From the NCBI GenBank assembly GCA_026400105.1, contig JAPLPQ010000088.1:33425-97424 (forward strand): a DNA stretch of 64,000 bases, in the 5' to 3' direction. How positions within the stretch are numbered: position 1 is the stretch's first letter; each line of letters opens with the position of its first letter. Position numbers and translations under genes: made by a program. Positions 9,794 to 20,565 of the stretch are shown piece after piece. Under the pieces are notes generated by a model. It was given only the letters and a program-made list of their open reading frames with translations, searched no databases and was not told the origin of the DNA. The DNA comes from Burkholderiales bacterium. GTDB lineage: Bacteria > Pseudomonadota > Gammaproteobacteria > Burkholderiales > Burkholderiaceae_C.

Positions 9794-11104
9794 TCAAAAA
9801 CTGGCCGACTTGGCGTTGCGCAGCCGCCGACGCTCGAAACGCTTGAGCACGACATAGGTCCCGAGCCCGACCAGCGCCGAACCCACGATGAAGCCGCCAT
9901 AGGCGACCGGCCAGGGCAGGCCTGAGGTCATCATCGAGAACTCCGACATGCCGCCGATGCCGGCCAGCACGTTGATCGGCATGAAGACCACGCTCAGGAT
10001 GGTCAGCTGGTTGACTCGCTTGTTCTGGTTGATGTTGATGAAGCCGATCGTCGCGTCCATCAGGAAGTTGATCTTGTCGAACAGGAAGGCGGTGTGGCTG
10101 TTGAGCGAGTCGATGTTGCGCAGGATCTGCTTGGCATCCTCCATCTGCGGCGCGGTCAGCAGCCGGCCGCGCATCAGGAAGTTGAGCGCGCGCTGCGTGT
10201 CGAGGATGTTGGAGCGGATGCGGCCGTTCTGGTCCTCCTCCTCGGCGATGTCGGACAGGATCGAGGCCGCCTGCTCGTCGCTGACCGACTCGTTGAGCAC
10301 CAGCTTGCCGACCTTGGCCAGGATGGCATAACTGTTCTCGAGCGAATCGGCCGAGCATTCGACATCGGCGCCGTAGAGGTCGAGCAGCACGTCGACAGCA
10401 TCGGTCACATAGCCCGGCTGGGTTCTGGCCAGCCGGCGCTGGAGCCGGAACACCGGCAGGTCCTCCTCGCGCAGCGAGAACAATATGCCCCGGTGCAGCA
10501 CGAAGGCCACCGGCACGCTGCGCGAATCGCCGGCGCGGTCGAGCAGGAAGTTCGAGTGCAGGTGAATCGCGTCGTTGTCCTCGATGTGAAAGCGCGCGCT
10601 GACCTCGAGATCGGTCACATCGAGCGGATCGGGCAGCTCGGCGCCAAAATGGGCTCCGATGTAGGCGCGCTGCGCCTTGCTGGCGTGAATCAGGTCGACC
10701 CAGACCGGACGCACGCCGTCGAGGTCGCGCTTGCCGGCGTAAGGCATCTGGCGCAGCTTGCCGTCGACCAGCTCGAAGATGCTGATCTTGCTGCCCTCGA
10801 TGTCGGGCTCGCGGCCGCCGGCCAGCTCGAGCCGGCGCTCATCCGACATCTCCCACAGGATGTCATTGATGCGCGCCTCTGGGATGCGCTGCCAGAGCTC
10901 ACTGGCCTGCTCGAGCGAGAGTCCGTCCAGGATCTCGCCGAGCTCGACGGCGGTCTGACTCTTGATCGCGTTCGACATCTCGGCCTCGTGCTGCTTGTGC
11001 ACCAGCACCTCGGCGACCTCGTGACGCGACATCTTCTGGCTGCGGACGACCTGATCGACCAGCCGTTGTTTTTCCAGCATTTCCTTGAATTTTTCTATCG
11101 ACAT
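9794..11104 (-). CDS. corA: CorA family Mg/Co transporter with N-terminal MgtE_N-like extension
   Basis: WVDL, SARF, KINFLMDATIGFININQN, two C-terminal TM helices with GGMSEF; about 95-aa helical N-terminal extension. Confidence 0.85.
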   Translation of the reverse strand: MSIEKFKEMLEKQRLVDQVVRSQKMSRHEVAEVLVHKQHEAEMSNAIKSQTAVELGEILDGLSLEQASELWQRIPEARINDILWEMSDERRLELAGGREPDIEGSKISIFELVDGKLRQMPYAGKRDLDGVRPVWVDLIHASKAQRAYIGAHFGAELPDPLDVTDLEVSARFHIEDNDAIHLHSNFLLDRAGDSRSVPVAFVLHRGILFSLREEDLPVFRLQRRLARTQPGYVTDAVDVLLDLYGADVECSADSLENSYAILAKVGKLVLNESVSDEQAASILSDIAEEEDQNGRIRSNILDTQRALNFLMRGRLLTAPQMEDAKQILRNIDSLNSHTAFLFDKINFLMDATIGFININQNKRVNQLTILSVVFMPINVLAGIGGMSEFSMMTSGLPWPVAYGGFIVGSALVGLGTYVVLKRFERRRLRNAKSASF

Positions 11105-11262
11105 GGCTGGTGACTCATGGGAGGGCGCATGGAAGCAGCGGCGCGGGATGAAGCAGGACCCCCCTTGGGTCCATGCCCGGATTATCGGTGCCCAGCCGGG
11201 GACATCGCGCTCGCGCTAGAGTATCAATTGCTTGTGACAGACAATAACCCAGGAGACCCCCC

Positions 11263-11670
11263 GTGAGTGAACGCGAAGCCATCATTCCCCCCGGCATGGA
11301 AGCCGTCTACCAGAACATCCGCTACGCGCCTGCGGTGCGCGCCGGCAACACGCTCTACATCTCGGGCCAGATCGGGCGCAACGAGCAGATGCAACTGGTC
11401 GAGGACAAGGAAGCGCAGTTCGTGCAAACCTTCGAGAACCTCAAGAAGGTGCTGCAGACGGCCGGCGCGAGCTTCGACGACATTGTCGACGTGACGAGCT
11501 TTCACACCGACATGCGCGACCTACCGCTCTACATGAAGGTGCGCGACCGCTATTTCACGGCCAACTTCCCGGCCTGGACCGCCATCGGTGCGGCCCAGCT
11601 CTGCGGCCAGCCGGGCTACTTCCTCGAAGTCAAGGCGATTGCGGTGCTGCCGCAGCAGCGCGCCTGCTGA
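11263..11670 (+). CDS. RidA/YjgF/UK114 family protein
   Basis: YAPAVRAGNTLYISGQIG, FPAWTAIG, LEVKAIA; AGGAG RBS with GTG start. Confidence 0.9.
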   Translation: MSEREAIIPPGMEAVYQNIRYAPAVRAGNTLYISGQIGRNEQMQLVEDKEAQFVQTFENLKKVLQTAGASFDDIVDVTSFHTDMRDLPLYMKVRDRYFTANFPAWTAIGAAQLCGQPGYFLEVKAIAVLPQQRAC

Positions 11671-11757
11671 ACGAAGCCAATCGCGCCAGGCTCCAGGCTA
11701 CAGGTGCATGCGCGCCATCGCTGACAATAGCGGGGCCAAACCAGCCCCCCCTTGCGC

Positions 11758-12468
11758 ATGCCAGATCGTTCCCGCCCCTGCTCCACCAGCCCCCCCCACC
11801 CGGCCCCGCCCGCATCGGTGCTGGCCCTGACCGCTCCGGTCGCCATGGGCTATATCCCGCTCGGCGCCGTGTTCGGCTTCCTGTTCGTGCAGGCCGGCGG
11901 GCACTGGTCGCTGGCCTGGCTCTCGAGCCTGCTGATCTATGCCGGGGCCGCGCAGTACATGATGATCCCGATGCTGGCCGCCGGCATGCCGCTGGCCGCG
12001 ATCGCACTCGCCACTCTGGTGGTCAACCTGCGCCATGTCTTCTACGGCCTGTCGCTGCTCGAGCGGTTGCCGCGCGGGCGGCTGCTGCGCGCCTACATGG
12101 CCTTCACGCTGACCGACGAAACCTATTCGATCCTGACCACGCTGCCCGCAAGCACCCCGGCGCGCCAGATGGCGCTGCTGGCCCTGCTCAATCATGGCTG
12201 GTGGATGCTGGGCACGGCGCTCGGGGCGCTGATCGGCAGCCAGGCCCGCCTCACGCTGGCTGGCCTGGACTTCGTGCTTGCCGCGCTGTTCGCGGTGCTG
12301 ACAGTCGAGCAATGGCGCAGCCGGCGCAATGCCACGCCGGTCTGGGTCGCGCTGGCGGCCTATGCACTGGCCTATCCGGTCGCGCCCCAGCATGCGCTGG
12401 TGCTGGCGATCGCCCTGAGCCTGGCCGCCGGTTTCTGGCTGGCAGAAAAGTCCCACGCCGATGATTGA
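11758..12468 (+). CDS. azlC: AzlC family branched-chain amino acid exporter permease
   Basis: GYIPLGAVFG, YAGAAQ, VNLRHVFYG, LTDETY; start uncertain. Confidence 0.9.
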   Translation: MPDRSRPCSTSPPHPAPPASVLALTAPVAMGYIPLGAVFGFLFVQAGGHWSLAWLSSLLIYAGAAQYMMIPMLAAGMPLAAIALATLVVNLRHVFYGLSLLERLPRGRLLRAYMAFTLTDETYSILTTLPASTPARQMALLALLNHGWWMLGTALGALIGSQARLTLAGLDFVLAALFAVLTVEQWRSRRNATPVWVALAAYALAYPVAPQHALVLAIALSLAAGFWLAEKSHADD

Positions 12469-12790
12469 AACCTATTACGCGATCGCCGTCATTGCCCTGA
12501 TGGCGCTGATCACCTTCGCGCTGCGCGCCCTGCCCTTCGTCGCCTCGCGCTGGCTGCAAAGCCACCCGGCGGTGCGCAGGCTCGGACGCTTCCTGCCGCT
12601 GGCCATCATGACCCTGCTGTTGCTGCACACGCTGGTGGGCTCGGCGCGCCAGCATGCGGCCGGACCCTGGCCCGAACTGCTCTGCGCGGGCCTGGCGGCC
12701 TGGCTGCAATGGCGCAGCCGCAACCCGCTGCTGAGCATCCTGGCCGGTACCGGCCTCTATGTGCTGCTGCGCAACCTCGGCGCGAGCTGA
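12461..12790 (+). CDS. azlD: AzlD family protein
   Basis: TFALRALPF, LGRFLPLAIM, LLSILAGT; overlaps azlC end. Confidence 0.85.
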   Translation: MIETYYAIAVIALMALITFALRALPFVASRWLQSHPAVRRLGRFLPLAIMTLLLLHTLVGSARQHAAGPWPELLCAGLAAWLQWRSRNPLLSILAGTGLYVLLRNLGAS

Positions 12791-12814
12791 GCAGCGGCGG
12801 CTTGACAGGTGACC

Positions 12815-13051
12815 ATGCCCGGCGACAGCCCCAAACCACGCGGCCAGCGGCTGCCGGTCATCAACCTCAAGCGCTGCACCGGTTGCGGCTGGTGCGTGGC
12901 CGCCTGCCCGCTCGACCTGCTCTCGCTCGAACGCACCGGCTGGAAGAAGCATTCGACGCTGAACGAGGCAGAGCGCTGTACCGGCTGCGCCTACTGCGCG
13001 ATCCGCTGCCCGTTTGGCGTCATCACGATGCAAGAACCTGGCGCCGAGTAG
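12815..13051 (+). CDS. 2x[4Fe-4S] ferredoxin
   Basis: Two CxxCxxCxxxCP motifs. Confidence 0.9.
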   Translation: MPGDSPKPRGQRLPVINLKRCTGCGWCVAACPLDLLSLERTGWKKHSTLNEAERCTGCAYCAIRCPFGVITMQEPGAE

Positions 13052-13103
13052 CCGGCTGGGCAATGGTGCCCAGCGACAGACCGGCCGCTGGGGCCCGTCA
13101 GGC

Positions 13104-13343
13104 TCAGCCCTCGACCACCAGCGTGGTCTCGAGCACGTCGCCGCCCGCGGGATCGAGCGTGGTCAAGGTCAGGCCGGCAGCGGCCGAGACTTCATCATCG
13201 TCCGGCCAGTCGAGATCCTCGGGCGGACCGTCGTACTCGGCCACGAGCTTGTAGAGCTCGCCGATCACGCTCTCGTCGCCGGCGTAGCCCTGGTGCTGGA
13301 GCGTGAAATTGATGCCACTCTTGGTGATCACGATGTCGTCCAT
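13104..13343 (-). CDS. Small acidic hypothetical protein (79 aa)
   Basis: GGAGGG RBS before ATG (MDDIVITKSG...), GC3-rich codons. Confidence 0.6.
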   Translation of the reverse strand: MDDIVITKSGINFTLQHQGYAGDESVIGELYKLVAEYDGPPEDLDWPDDDEVSAAAGLTLTTLDPAGGDVLETTLVVEG

Positions 13344-13461
13344 GGCGCCCTCCCCCTGGTTGGTTTGCCTTGCTGTGCCGATGGTCGGACAAGCAGAAGC
13401 CGGCGTCAAGGGCGTTGCAACCGCTGCCACCGATCATTTCAATCAAATGTAGAGGGGCATC

Positions 13462-13869
13462 TTATGCACATGTCTGGAAGCAAAAACAGCATTCCGACCC
13501 CTTGCGACACCGCTCCGTCACAATCGAATGCACAGCTGTCAAGTATTTGATTTGGTTGATGTTTTTATAGTGCCTATTTTATGGGCAAACCACTTCCAGC
13601 GCCTTTTCCCAGAGGGGCGAAGCAAATGGTCCACGACTTACCCACAATGTTATCCACAGAAATTCTGGGCAACTCACGAATTTCGTGAAAAATCAATGAC
13701 TTGGCAAAGTCTTTAAAGTCGGCACGCAAACCCTGGCCGGACGCTGCACGCAGGGGCAAATCCGGCAGAGTCGAAAAGCCGGATCGATCCGCCACCGCAG
13801 CAAAGCCCCGCTACACTGACGGCCCGAAACCGGGGTCTATAATGTTTTGATTCTGGCGCCTGATCCACA
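13462..13869. promoter_or_regulatory. AT-rich DnaA-box cluster flanked by two IHF consensus sites
   Basis: TTATGCACA 13462-70, TTACCCACA 13638-46, TTATCCACA 13650-58, TGATCCACA 13861-69; WATCAANNNNTTR at 13540-52 (-) and 13691-703 (+). Confidence 0.7.
13838..13843 (+). promoter_or_regulatory. Sigma70 -10 element upstream of trxA
   Basis: Perfect TATAAT 65 bp before the start codon. Confidence 0.5.
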
Positions 13870-13908
13870 GGTGCTCATCAAGCAACCGCGAACCGATCCA
13901 GACTAGCC

Positions 13909-14241
13909 ATGGCCAACGAGCTGATCAAACAAGTTACCGACGCAACCTTCGAAACCGAAGTCCTCAATGCCGGCTCGCCGGTGCTGGTCGACTTCTGGGC
14001 CGAGTGGTGCGGTCCCTGCAAGATGATTGCTCCGATCCTCGACGAGGTCGCCACCAGCTACAACGGCAAGCTGCAGGTCGCGAAGATGAACGTCGACGAC
14101 AACCGCGAAGTTCCGGCCAAGTTCGGTATCCGCGGCATCCCGACGCTGATGCTGTTCAAGGACGGCCAGCTCGCCGCCACCAAGGTCGGCGCGCTGAGCA
14201 AGGCCCAGCTGACGGCCTTCATCGACCAGCAACTGGTCTGA
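13909..14241 (+). CDS. trxA: Thioredoxin 1
   Basis: WCGPC active site; upstream of rho. Confidence 0.98.
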   Translation: MANELIKQVTDATFETEVLNAGSPVLVDFWAEWCGPCKMIAPILDEVATSYNGKLQVAKMNVDDNREVPAKFGIRGIPTLMLFKDGQLAATKVGALSKAQLTAFIDQQLV

Positions 14242-14404
14242 CACGAGATCCAGCCGCTCCGGTGCAAGGCCGGGGCGGTTTCCTGTCATAATGGCCCATC
14301 ACAGCGCCGGACAGGCCCTCCCCCTTTAGATGTCACGCGCCAGCTCAGCCGCGTCGACATCCACCCCCCATCACTTACACGACTCCCGCTGCGGAGTAAC
14401 GTCC

Positions 14405-15667
<1,263 letters not shown>

Positions 15668-15755
15668 GGCTATAATCCGAGGCTTTTGGCGGAAAGTTCA
15701 TCTGGAATAGGCCGGATGCGGCTGCCGCCGCTGAACATATTTACTAGGAAATGCG

Positions 15756-16013
15756 ATGAAAGAAGGCATTCACCCCAACTACCGCGACGTCTGCTTCGTG
15801 GACCTGTCCAACGGCTTCAAGTTCGTGACCCGCTCCTGCGCCAACACGAAAGAGATGATCGACATGGAAGACGGCCGCAAGCTGCCGCTGTTCAAGCTGG
15901 ATACCTCGAGCGAATCGCACCCGTTCTACACCGGTACCCAGAAGTCGGTCGACAGCATGGGTGGTCGCGTGGAGAAGTTCCGCAACCGCTTCGGCCGCAC
16001 CACCGCCAAGTAA
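15756..16013 (+). CDS. rpmE2: 50S ribosomal protein L31 type B
   Basis: MKEGIHPNY...[10 protein letters not shown]...[11 protein letters not shown]; lacks the Zn-ribbon cysteine set. Confidence 0.95.
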   Translation: MKEGIHPNYRDVCFVDLSNGFKFVTRSCANTKEMIDMEDGRKLPLFKLDTSSESHPFYTGTQKSVDSMGGRVEKFRNRFGRTTAK

Positions 16014-16036
16014 TTCTTGGTCGCTTGCGAGCACGG

Positions 16037-16066
16037 AAAAAAGCAGCCTCAGGGCTGCTTTTTTTT
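16037..16066. terminator. Bidirectional intrinsic terminator after rpmE2
   Basis: A-run, GCAGCC/GGCTGC stem, T-run. Confidence 0.8.
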
Positions 16067-16080
16067 ATACTGGAGCCACG

Positions 16081-17796
16081 GTGCCTGACCTGCATTCCCC
16101 TACCCCCGCGATCGTCGCCCAGCTGGCGGCGCGCCGGCTGCCGCGCTGGGTCCTGCTGCTGCTCGGACTGATCTACGTGCTGCCCGGCCTGCTGGGCCGC
16201 CAGCCCTGGAGCGGGCCGGATCTGGCCTCCTTCGGTGTCATGCTCGACATGGCGCAGGGTTCGGGCGACTGGCTGCACCCGCAGGTGCTCGGCGAGCGCG
16301 CGGCGGTCCAGGCCTGGCTGCCCTACTGGCTCGGTGCCGCCAGCATCAAGCTGCTGCCCTTCCTGCCAGCCGATCTGGCCGCACGCCTGCCCTACGGGTT
16401 GCTGCTCGCGCTGGCACTGAATTGCACCTGGATGGCGACCTACCACCTGGCCCGCCTGCCCAACGCGCAGCCGGTGGCGTTCGCCTTTGGCGGCGAAGCC
16501 AGCCCGCAGGACTATGCGCGCGCACTGGCCGATGCGGCGCTGCTGGCGCTGGTCGCCAGCCTGGGGCTGGCCCAGCTCGCGCATGAATCCACGCCCGACG
16601 CCGCGCAGCTGGCTTTTGCCTCGCTGCTGCTCTATGCCTGCGCCCGCCTCGCGAGTCCGAACGCCCAATGGCGCGGACTCAGCGCGGCGGCCTGGTGGCT
16701 GGGCGCGGTCGGCCTGGCGCTCAGTGGCGCCCCCTGGATCGGCCTGGTGCTGGGCATGGGCTGGCTGATCTGGTCACTGACCATAGTCCGATCGGGCCCC
16801 AGGGGAATGGGCGATGTCTGGCTGCTGGTTTTCTGCGCTTCCGGTACCTTGCTGGCGGCGCTGCTGGCCTGGCAGCTCGAACTGCCGCGCCGCTTCGAGC
16901 AACTCAGCGACTGGGCGGCCTGGACCGACCTGACGCACTGGCGTCGCTTTGGCCGCCTGCTGCTCTGGTTCAGCTGGCCGGCCGGCCTGCTGGCACTGCT
17001 GACGGTCTGGCGCTGGCGCCGGCGCCTGGGCAACACCCACCTGCTGCTGCCGCTCTGGTTCGCCGCCGTCGGCATGGCCTCATGCTGGCTGCTCGATGCC
17101 AGCGATCGCGCGCTGCTGCTGGCGCTGCCGGCGCTGGCTTGCCTGGCCGCCTTCGCGCTGCCGACCTTGTCGCGCAGCGTGACCGCGCTGGTCGACTGGT
17201 TCGCGCTGCTGTTCTTCAGCGGCTGCGCGCTGATGATCTGGTTCTACTGGCTGGCGCTGCAGACCGGCACGCCGCCCAAGCCCGCAGCCAACGTGCTGCG
17301 CCTGCTGCCCGGCTTCAAGCCGGAACTGGACTGGACGCTGCTGCTGCCGGCCCTGCTCGGCACGCTGGCCTGGCTCGGTGCGCTGGCCTGGCGGCTCGGC
17401 CGCTACCGGCCGGCACTCTGGAAGGGACTGGTGCTGTCGGCTGGCGGCAGCACGCTGTGCTGGCTGCTGCTGATGACGCTCTGGCTGCCGGCATTGAACT
17501 ACGGCATGGGACAGGAGCCGATCTCGCGGCGCATCGCGGCCTTGACGCCCGAGTCCAGCTGCGTGCTGGTGCACGGGCTCAGTGCCTCGCAGATCACGGG
17601 CCTGCAGTACCACGGCGGCCTCGAGCTCGAGCGCGCCCGCCGGCAGCGCCGCAGCGACTGCAGACTGCTGGTCGTCGAGCCCAAGGCCATCAATACGCTG
17701 GCGCAGACGGTCGACCTGTCGCAGTGGCGCGCCTTGCGCAAGGTACCGCGCTTGCGCGAGAACCGCGACGGGTTGCTGGTCTACCTCAGGCGCTGA
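16081..17796 (+). CDS. ArnT/PMT (GT-C)-like polytopic membrane protein
   Basis: YVLPGLLGRQPW, LAHESTPD, many TM segments. Confidence 0.7.
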   Translation: MPDLHSPTPAIVAQLAARRLPRWVLLLLGLIYVLPGLLGRQPWSGPDLASFGVMLDMAQGSGDWLHPQVLGERAAVQAWLPYWLGAASIKLLPFLPADLAARLPYGLLLALALNCTWMATYHLARLPNAQPVAFAFGGEASPQDYARALADAALLALVASLGLAQLAHESTPDAAQLAFASLLLYACARLASPNAQWRGLSAAAWWLGAVGLALSGAPWIGLVLGMGWLIWSLTIVRSGPRGMGDVWLLVFCASGTLLAALLAWQLELPRRFEQLSDWAAWTDLTHWRRFGRLLLWFSWPAGLLALLTVWRWRRRLGNTHLLLPLWFAAVGMASCWLLDASDRALLLALPALACLAAFALPTLSRSVTALVDWFALLFFSGCALMIWFYWLALQTGTPPKPAANVLRLLPGFKPELDWTLLLPALLGTLAWLGALAWRLGRYRPALWKGLVLSAGGSTLCWLLLMTLWLPALNYGMGQEPISRRIAALTPESSCVLVHGLSASQITGLQYHGGLELERARRQRRSDCRLLVVEPKAINTLAQTVDLSQWRALRKVPRLRENRDGLLVYLRR

Positions 17797-19140
17797 TCAG
17801 GCGCTGCTGGCGGCTGCGACCGGCGCGTCGAGCGAGCGAATCCGGCTCGCGGGCAGCAGGATGCGGAAGGTCGAGCCCTGGCCGACCACGCTGTCGATGC
17901 GCAACTGGCCGCCATGGCGTTGCACCACATGCTTGACGATGGCCAGGCCCAGGCCCGTGCCGCCGGTATCGCGCGAACGGCTGCGATCGACGCGGTAGAA
18001 GCGCTCGGTCAGGCGCGGGATATGCTCGGCCTCGATGCCAGGGCCGGTGTCACTGACCCAGTACTCGGCCCCGCCCGGTGCCAGTCGACGCCAGCCGGCT
18101 CGGATCCGGCCGCCAGCAGGGGTGTAGCGCACCGCATTGCTGAGCAGATTCGACATCGCGCTGAGCAGCTCGGTGCGGGAACCGGCCAGCTCGAAATCCG
18201 GGCCGGCATCGGCACAGACGTCGTGCGAACCGTCAGCGATCAGATCGGACAGCACCCGCCCGTCCTCGATCACATGGTCGAGCAGTTCATGCGCCGAGAT
18301 CCACTCGGCGGTGCCGGGTGCCGGCGTGCCCTCCAGGCGCGACAACAGCAACAGGTCATTGACCAGCGTCATCATGCGCTGCGACTGCTGGTTCATCAGC
18401 AGCAGATAGCGTTCGCGCTCCTCGGCTGACAGGTCGTAGCTCAGCAGGGTCTCGATGAAACCGCTCAAGACCGTCAGCGGCGTGCGGATCTCGTGCGAGA
18501 CATTGGCGACAAAATCGCGCCGCATGGTATCGGCCAGCTCGAAACTGGTGATGTCGCGCGTCAGCAGCAGCTTGTTGCCAAAGCCGTAGGAATGAAGCTG
18601 GAGCGAAATCCGGGTCGGCTGGGCCCCGGCCAGGGCACGCATCTGGATTTCGACCGGTTGCGAGTAATCAGCGCCATTGAGATAGGCGATGAAGGCCGGA
18701 TCGCGCACCAGGTTGCGCAGGTGCTGACCCAGGTCGCGCTTGACATCGAAGCCCAGATGATCGGCCACCGCCTGGTTGCACAGGATGATGCGCTCGGCGC
18801 TGTCGAGCACCAGCAAGCCGTTGGGCGAGGCCTCGAAGGCCGCGATCAGCTGCTGCAGCCGGTCCTCGACCTTGCGGGTCTCGCGCTGGAGCAGCTTGAA
18901 GCCCTTCTGGCTGCGCTCGACCAGCTCGGTCCAGTCGTCAGGCAGATCGGGCGCCGCGGCAGGGTGGCCCTGGCGCAACCAGTCACGAAAACGCCCGAGC
19001 CGGTGCTGGTCGATCATCAACCAGACCATGGCCCCGGTGCCGGCGCCACCGATCAGCTGCAGCGGCTCGGCATCGAGTGCCAGCGCGGCGCAACCGCCGG
19101 TTGCCGTCAATGCCAACAGCTCGATCAGACGCCTGATCAT
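17797..19140 (-). CDS. phoR: Phosphate regulon sensor kinase PhoR
   Basis: MRRDFVANVSHEIRTPLTV, PAS-like domain, ERFYRVDRSRSR, GGTGLGLAI. Confidence 0.97.
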   Translation of the reverse strand: MIRRLIELLALTATGGCAALALDAEPLQLIGGAGTGAMVWLMIDQHRLGRFRDWLRQGHPAAAPDLPDDWTELVERSQKGFKLLQRETRKVEDRLQQLIAAFEASPNGLLVLDSAERIILCNQAVADHLGFDVKRDLGQHLRNLVRDPAFIAYLNGADYSQPVEIQMRALAGAQPTRISLQLHSYGFGNKLLLTRDITSFELADTMRRDFVANVSHEIRTPLTVLSGFIETLLSYDLSAEERERYLLLMNQQSQRMMTLVNDLLLLSRLEGTPAPGTAEWISAHELLDHVIEDGRVLSDLIADGSHDVCADAGPDFELAGSRTELLSAMSNLLSNAVRYTPAGGRIRAGWRRLAPGGAEYWVSDTGPGIEAEHIPRLTERFYRVDRSRSRDTGGTGLGLAIVKHVVQRHGGQLRIDSVVGQGSTFRILLPASRIRSLDAPVAAASSA

Positions 19141-19865
19141 GCCGAGGCAGCGATGCCGGCCTTGGCCAGCTTGAGCACGGCCTGGGCGCTCAGGCGATAA
19201 CCGGCACCGCGCACGGTCTCGATCATCTTGCCCGCCTCGCCGAGCGACTCGCGCAGGCGCTTGACATGCACGTCGACCGTGCGCTCCTCGATGAACACAT
19301 GGTCACCCCAGACCCGGTCCAGCAGCGAACCGCGCGTGTGCACGCGCTCGGGGTGCTTCATGAGGAAATGCAGCAGCTTGAACTCGGTCGGGCCGACCTT
19401 GAGCTCGCGCCCCTGGTGGCTGACGCGGTAGGTCGCGGCATCGAGGTGCAGCTCGCCGACCTGGACCGAATCGTTGACGATTTCGGGCGCGCGGCGACGC
19501 AGGACGGCGCGGATGCGCGCGAGCAGCTCATGGGTCGAGAACGGCTTGGTGACATAGTCGTCGGCCCCGGCATCGAGTCCCTGCACCTTGTCCGACTCCT
19601 CGGTCCGAGCCGTCAGCATGATGATGGGAACCGGCTTGGTGCGCTCCTGCGAGCGCCAGCGCTTGGCCAGCGCGACACCGCTCTCGCCCGGCAGCATCCA
19701 GTCGAGCAGGACGACATCAGGCAGGACGGCATCGATCTCGCGTTGCGCAGCGGCACCGTCGAACACCACCGTGGGGGCAAAGCCGTTGTGGCGCAGGTTG
19801 ACAGCGATCAGTTCAGCGATCGCCGGCTCGTCCTCCACCACCAGCACGCGCGGCATCTTCCTCAT
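19137..19865 (-). CDS. phoB: Phosphate regulon response regulator PhoB
   Basis: LLDWMLPG, GPTEFKLLHF, ERTVDVHVKRLR. Confidence 0.98.
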   Translation of the reverse strand: MRKMPRVLVVEDEPAIAELIAVNLRHNGFAPTVVFDGAAAQREIDAVLPDVVLLDWMLPGESGVALAKRWRSQERTKPVPIIMLTARTEESDKVQGLDAGADDYVTKPFSTHELLARIRAVLRRRAPEIVNDSVQVGELHLDAATYRVSHQGRELKVGPTEFKLLHFLMKHPERVHTRGSLLDRVWGDHVFIEERTVDVHVKRLRESLGEAGKMIETVRGAGYRLSAQAVLKLAKAGIAASA

Positions 19866-20563
19866 TTGATGGCAGCCTCCCGCTCCGCTTCCGTGGTGTG
19901 ACGGACATCGGCGCCCTTGGCGATGTAGATCACCGCCTCGGCAATGTTGGCGGCGTGGTCGCCGATGCGCTCGATCGCGCGGGCCAGGAACATCAGGTTG
20001 AGCCCTGAGCTGATGGTGCGCGGATCTTCCATCATGTAGGTCAGCAGCTTGCGCGTCAGGCCTTCATGCTCGACGTCGATGGCCTCGTCGCCCTTGATCA
20101 CGGCCAGGGCAGCCTTGACGTCCATGCGGGCGAAGGCATCGAGCGAGCGGTGCAGCAGGTCGGAAGCCAGGCTGCCGGCCACGCGCAGCTCGGTGGTCGG
20201 CAGCGCGCGCGGCATGCCGTTGTCCAGCGTGGACTTGAGCATCTTGGCGATGGTGCAGACCTCGTCGCCGGCGCGCTCGAGGTTGATGATGATGCGGGCG
20301 GTGCCGACCAGCAGGCGCAGGTCGCGCGCGGTCGGCTGGCGCCGGCTCATGGTCGAGGTCACGTCATGGTCGATCTGCACTTCCATGCGGTTGACCTTGT
20401 CCTCGATCTCGAGCACCTGGGTGCAGGTCTCGGCGCTCAGGTGCGACAGCGCGTAGAGCACCTGCTGCAGCTGCGACTCGACCACGCCGCCCATCTCGAG
20501 CACCTGGGTCGAGATGCGGTTGAGCTCGGCGTCGAACTGACTGGAGATATGCTTTTCAACCAT
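19862..20563 (-). CDS. phoU: Phosphate signalling protein PhoU
   Basis: MVEKHISSQFDAEL, RRQPTARDLR, ERIGDHAANIAE. Confidence 0.96.
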   Translation of the reverse strand: MVEKHISSQFDAELNRISTQVLEMGGVVESQLQQVLYALSHLSAETCTQVLEIEDKVNRMEVQIDHDVTSTMSRRQPTARDLRLLVGTARIIINLERAGDEVCTIAKMLKSTLDNGMPRALPTTELRVAGSLASDLLHRSLDAFARMDVKAALAVIKGDEAIDVEHEGLTRKLLTYMMEDPRTISSGLNLMFLARAIERIGDHAANIAEAVIYIAKGADVRHTTEAEREAAIK

Positions 20564-20565
20564 GA

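Noticed and set aside
13488-13518. Possible attR copy of the tRNA-Gly 3' end (CCCTTG...ACCGCTCC)
   Set aside because: Similarity too short and gapped to support
14283-14293. CTGTCAT upstream of rho as a Pho box
   Set aside because: Single half-site overlapping a CATAAT -10-like element, with no partner at 11 bp
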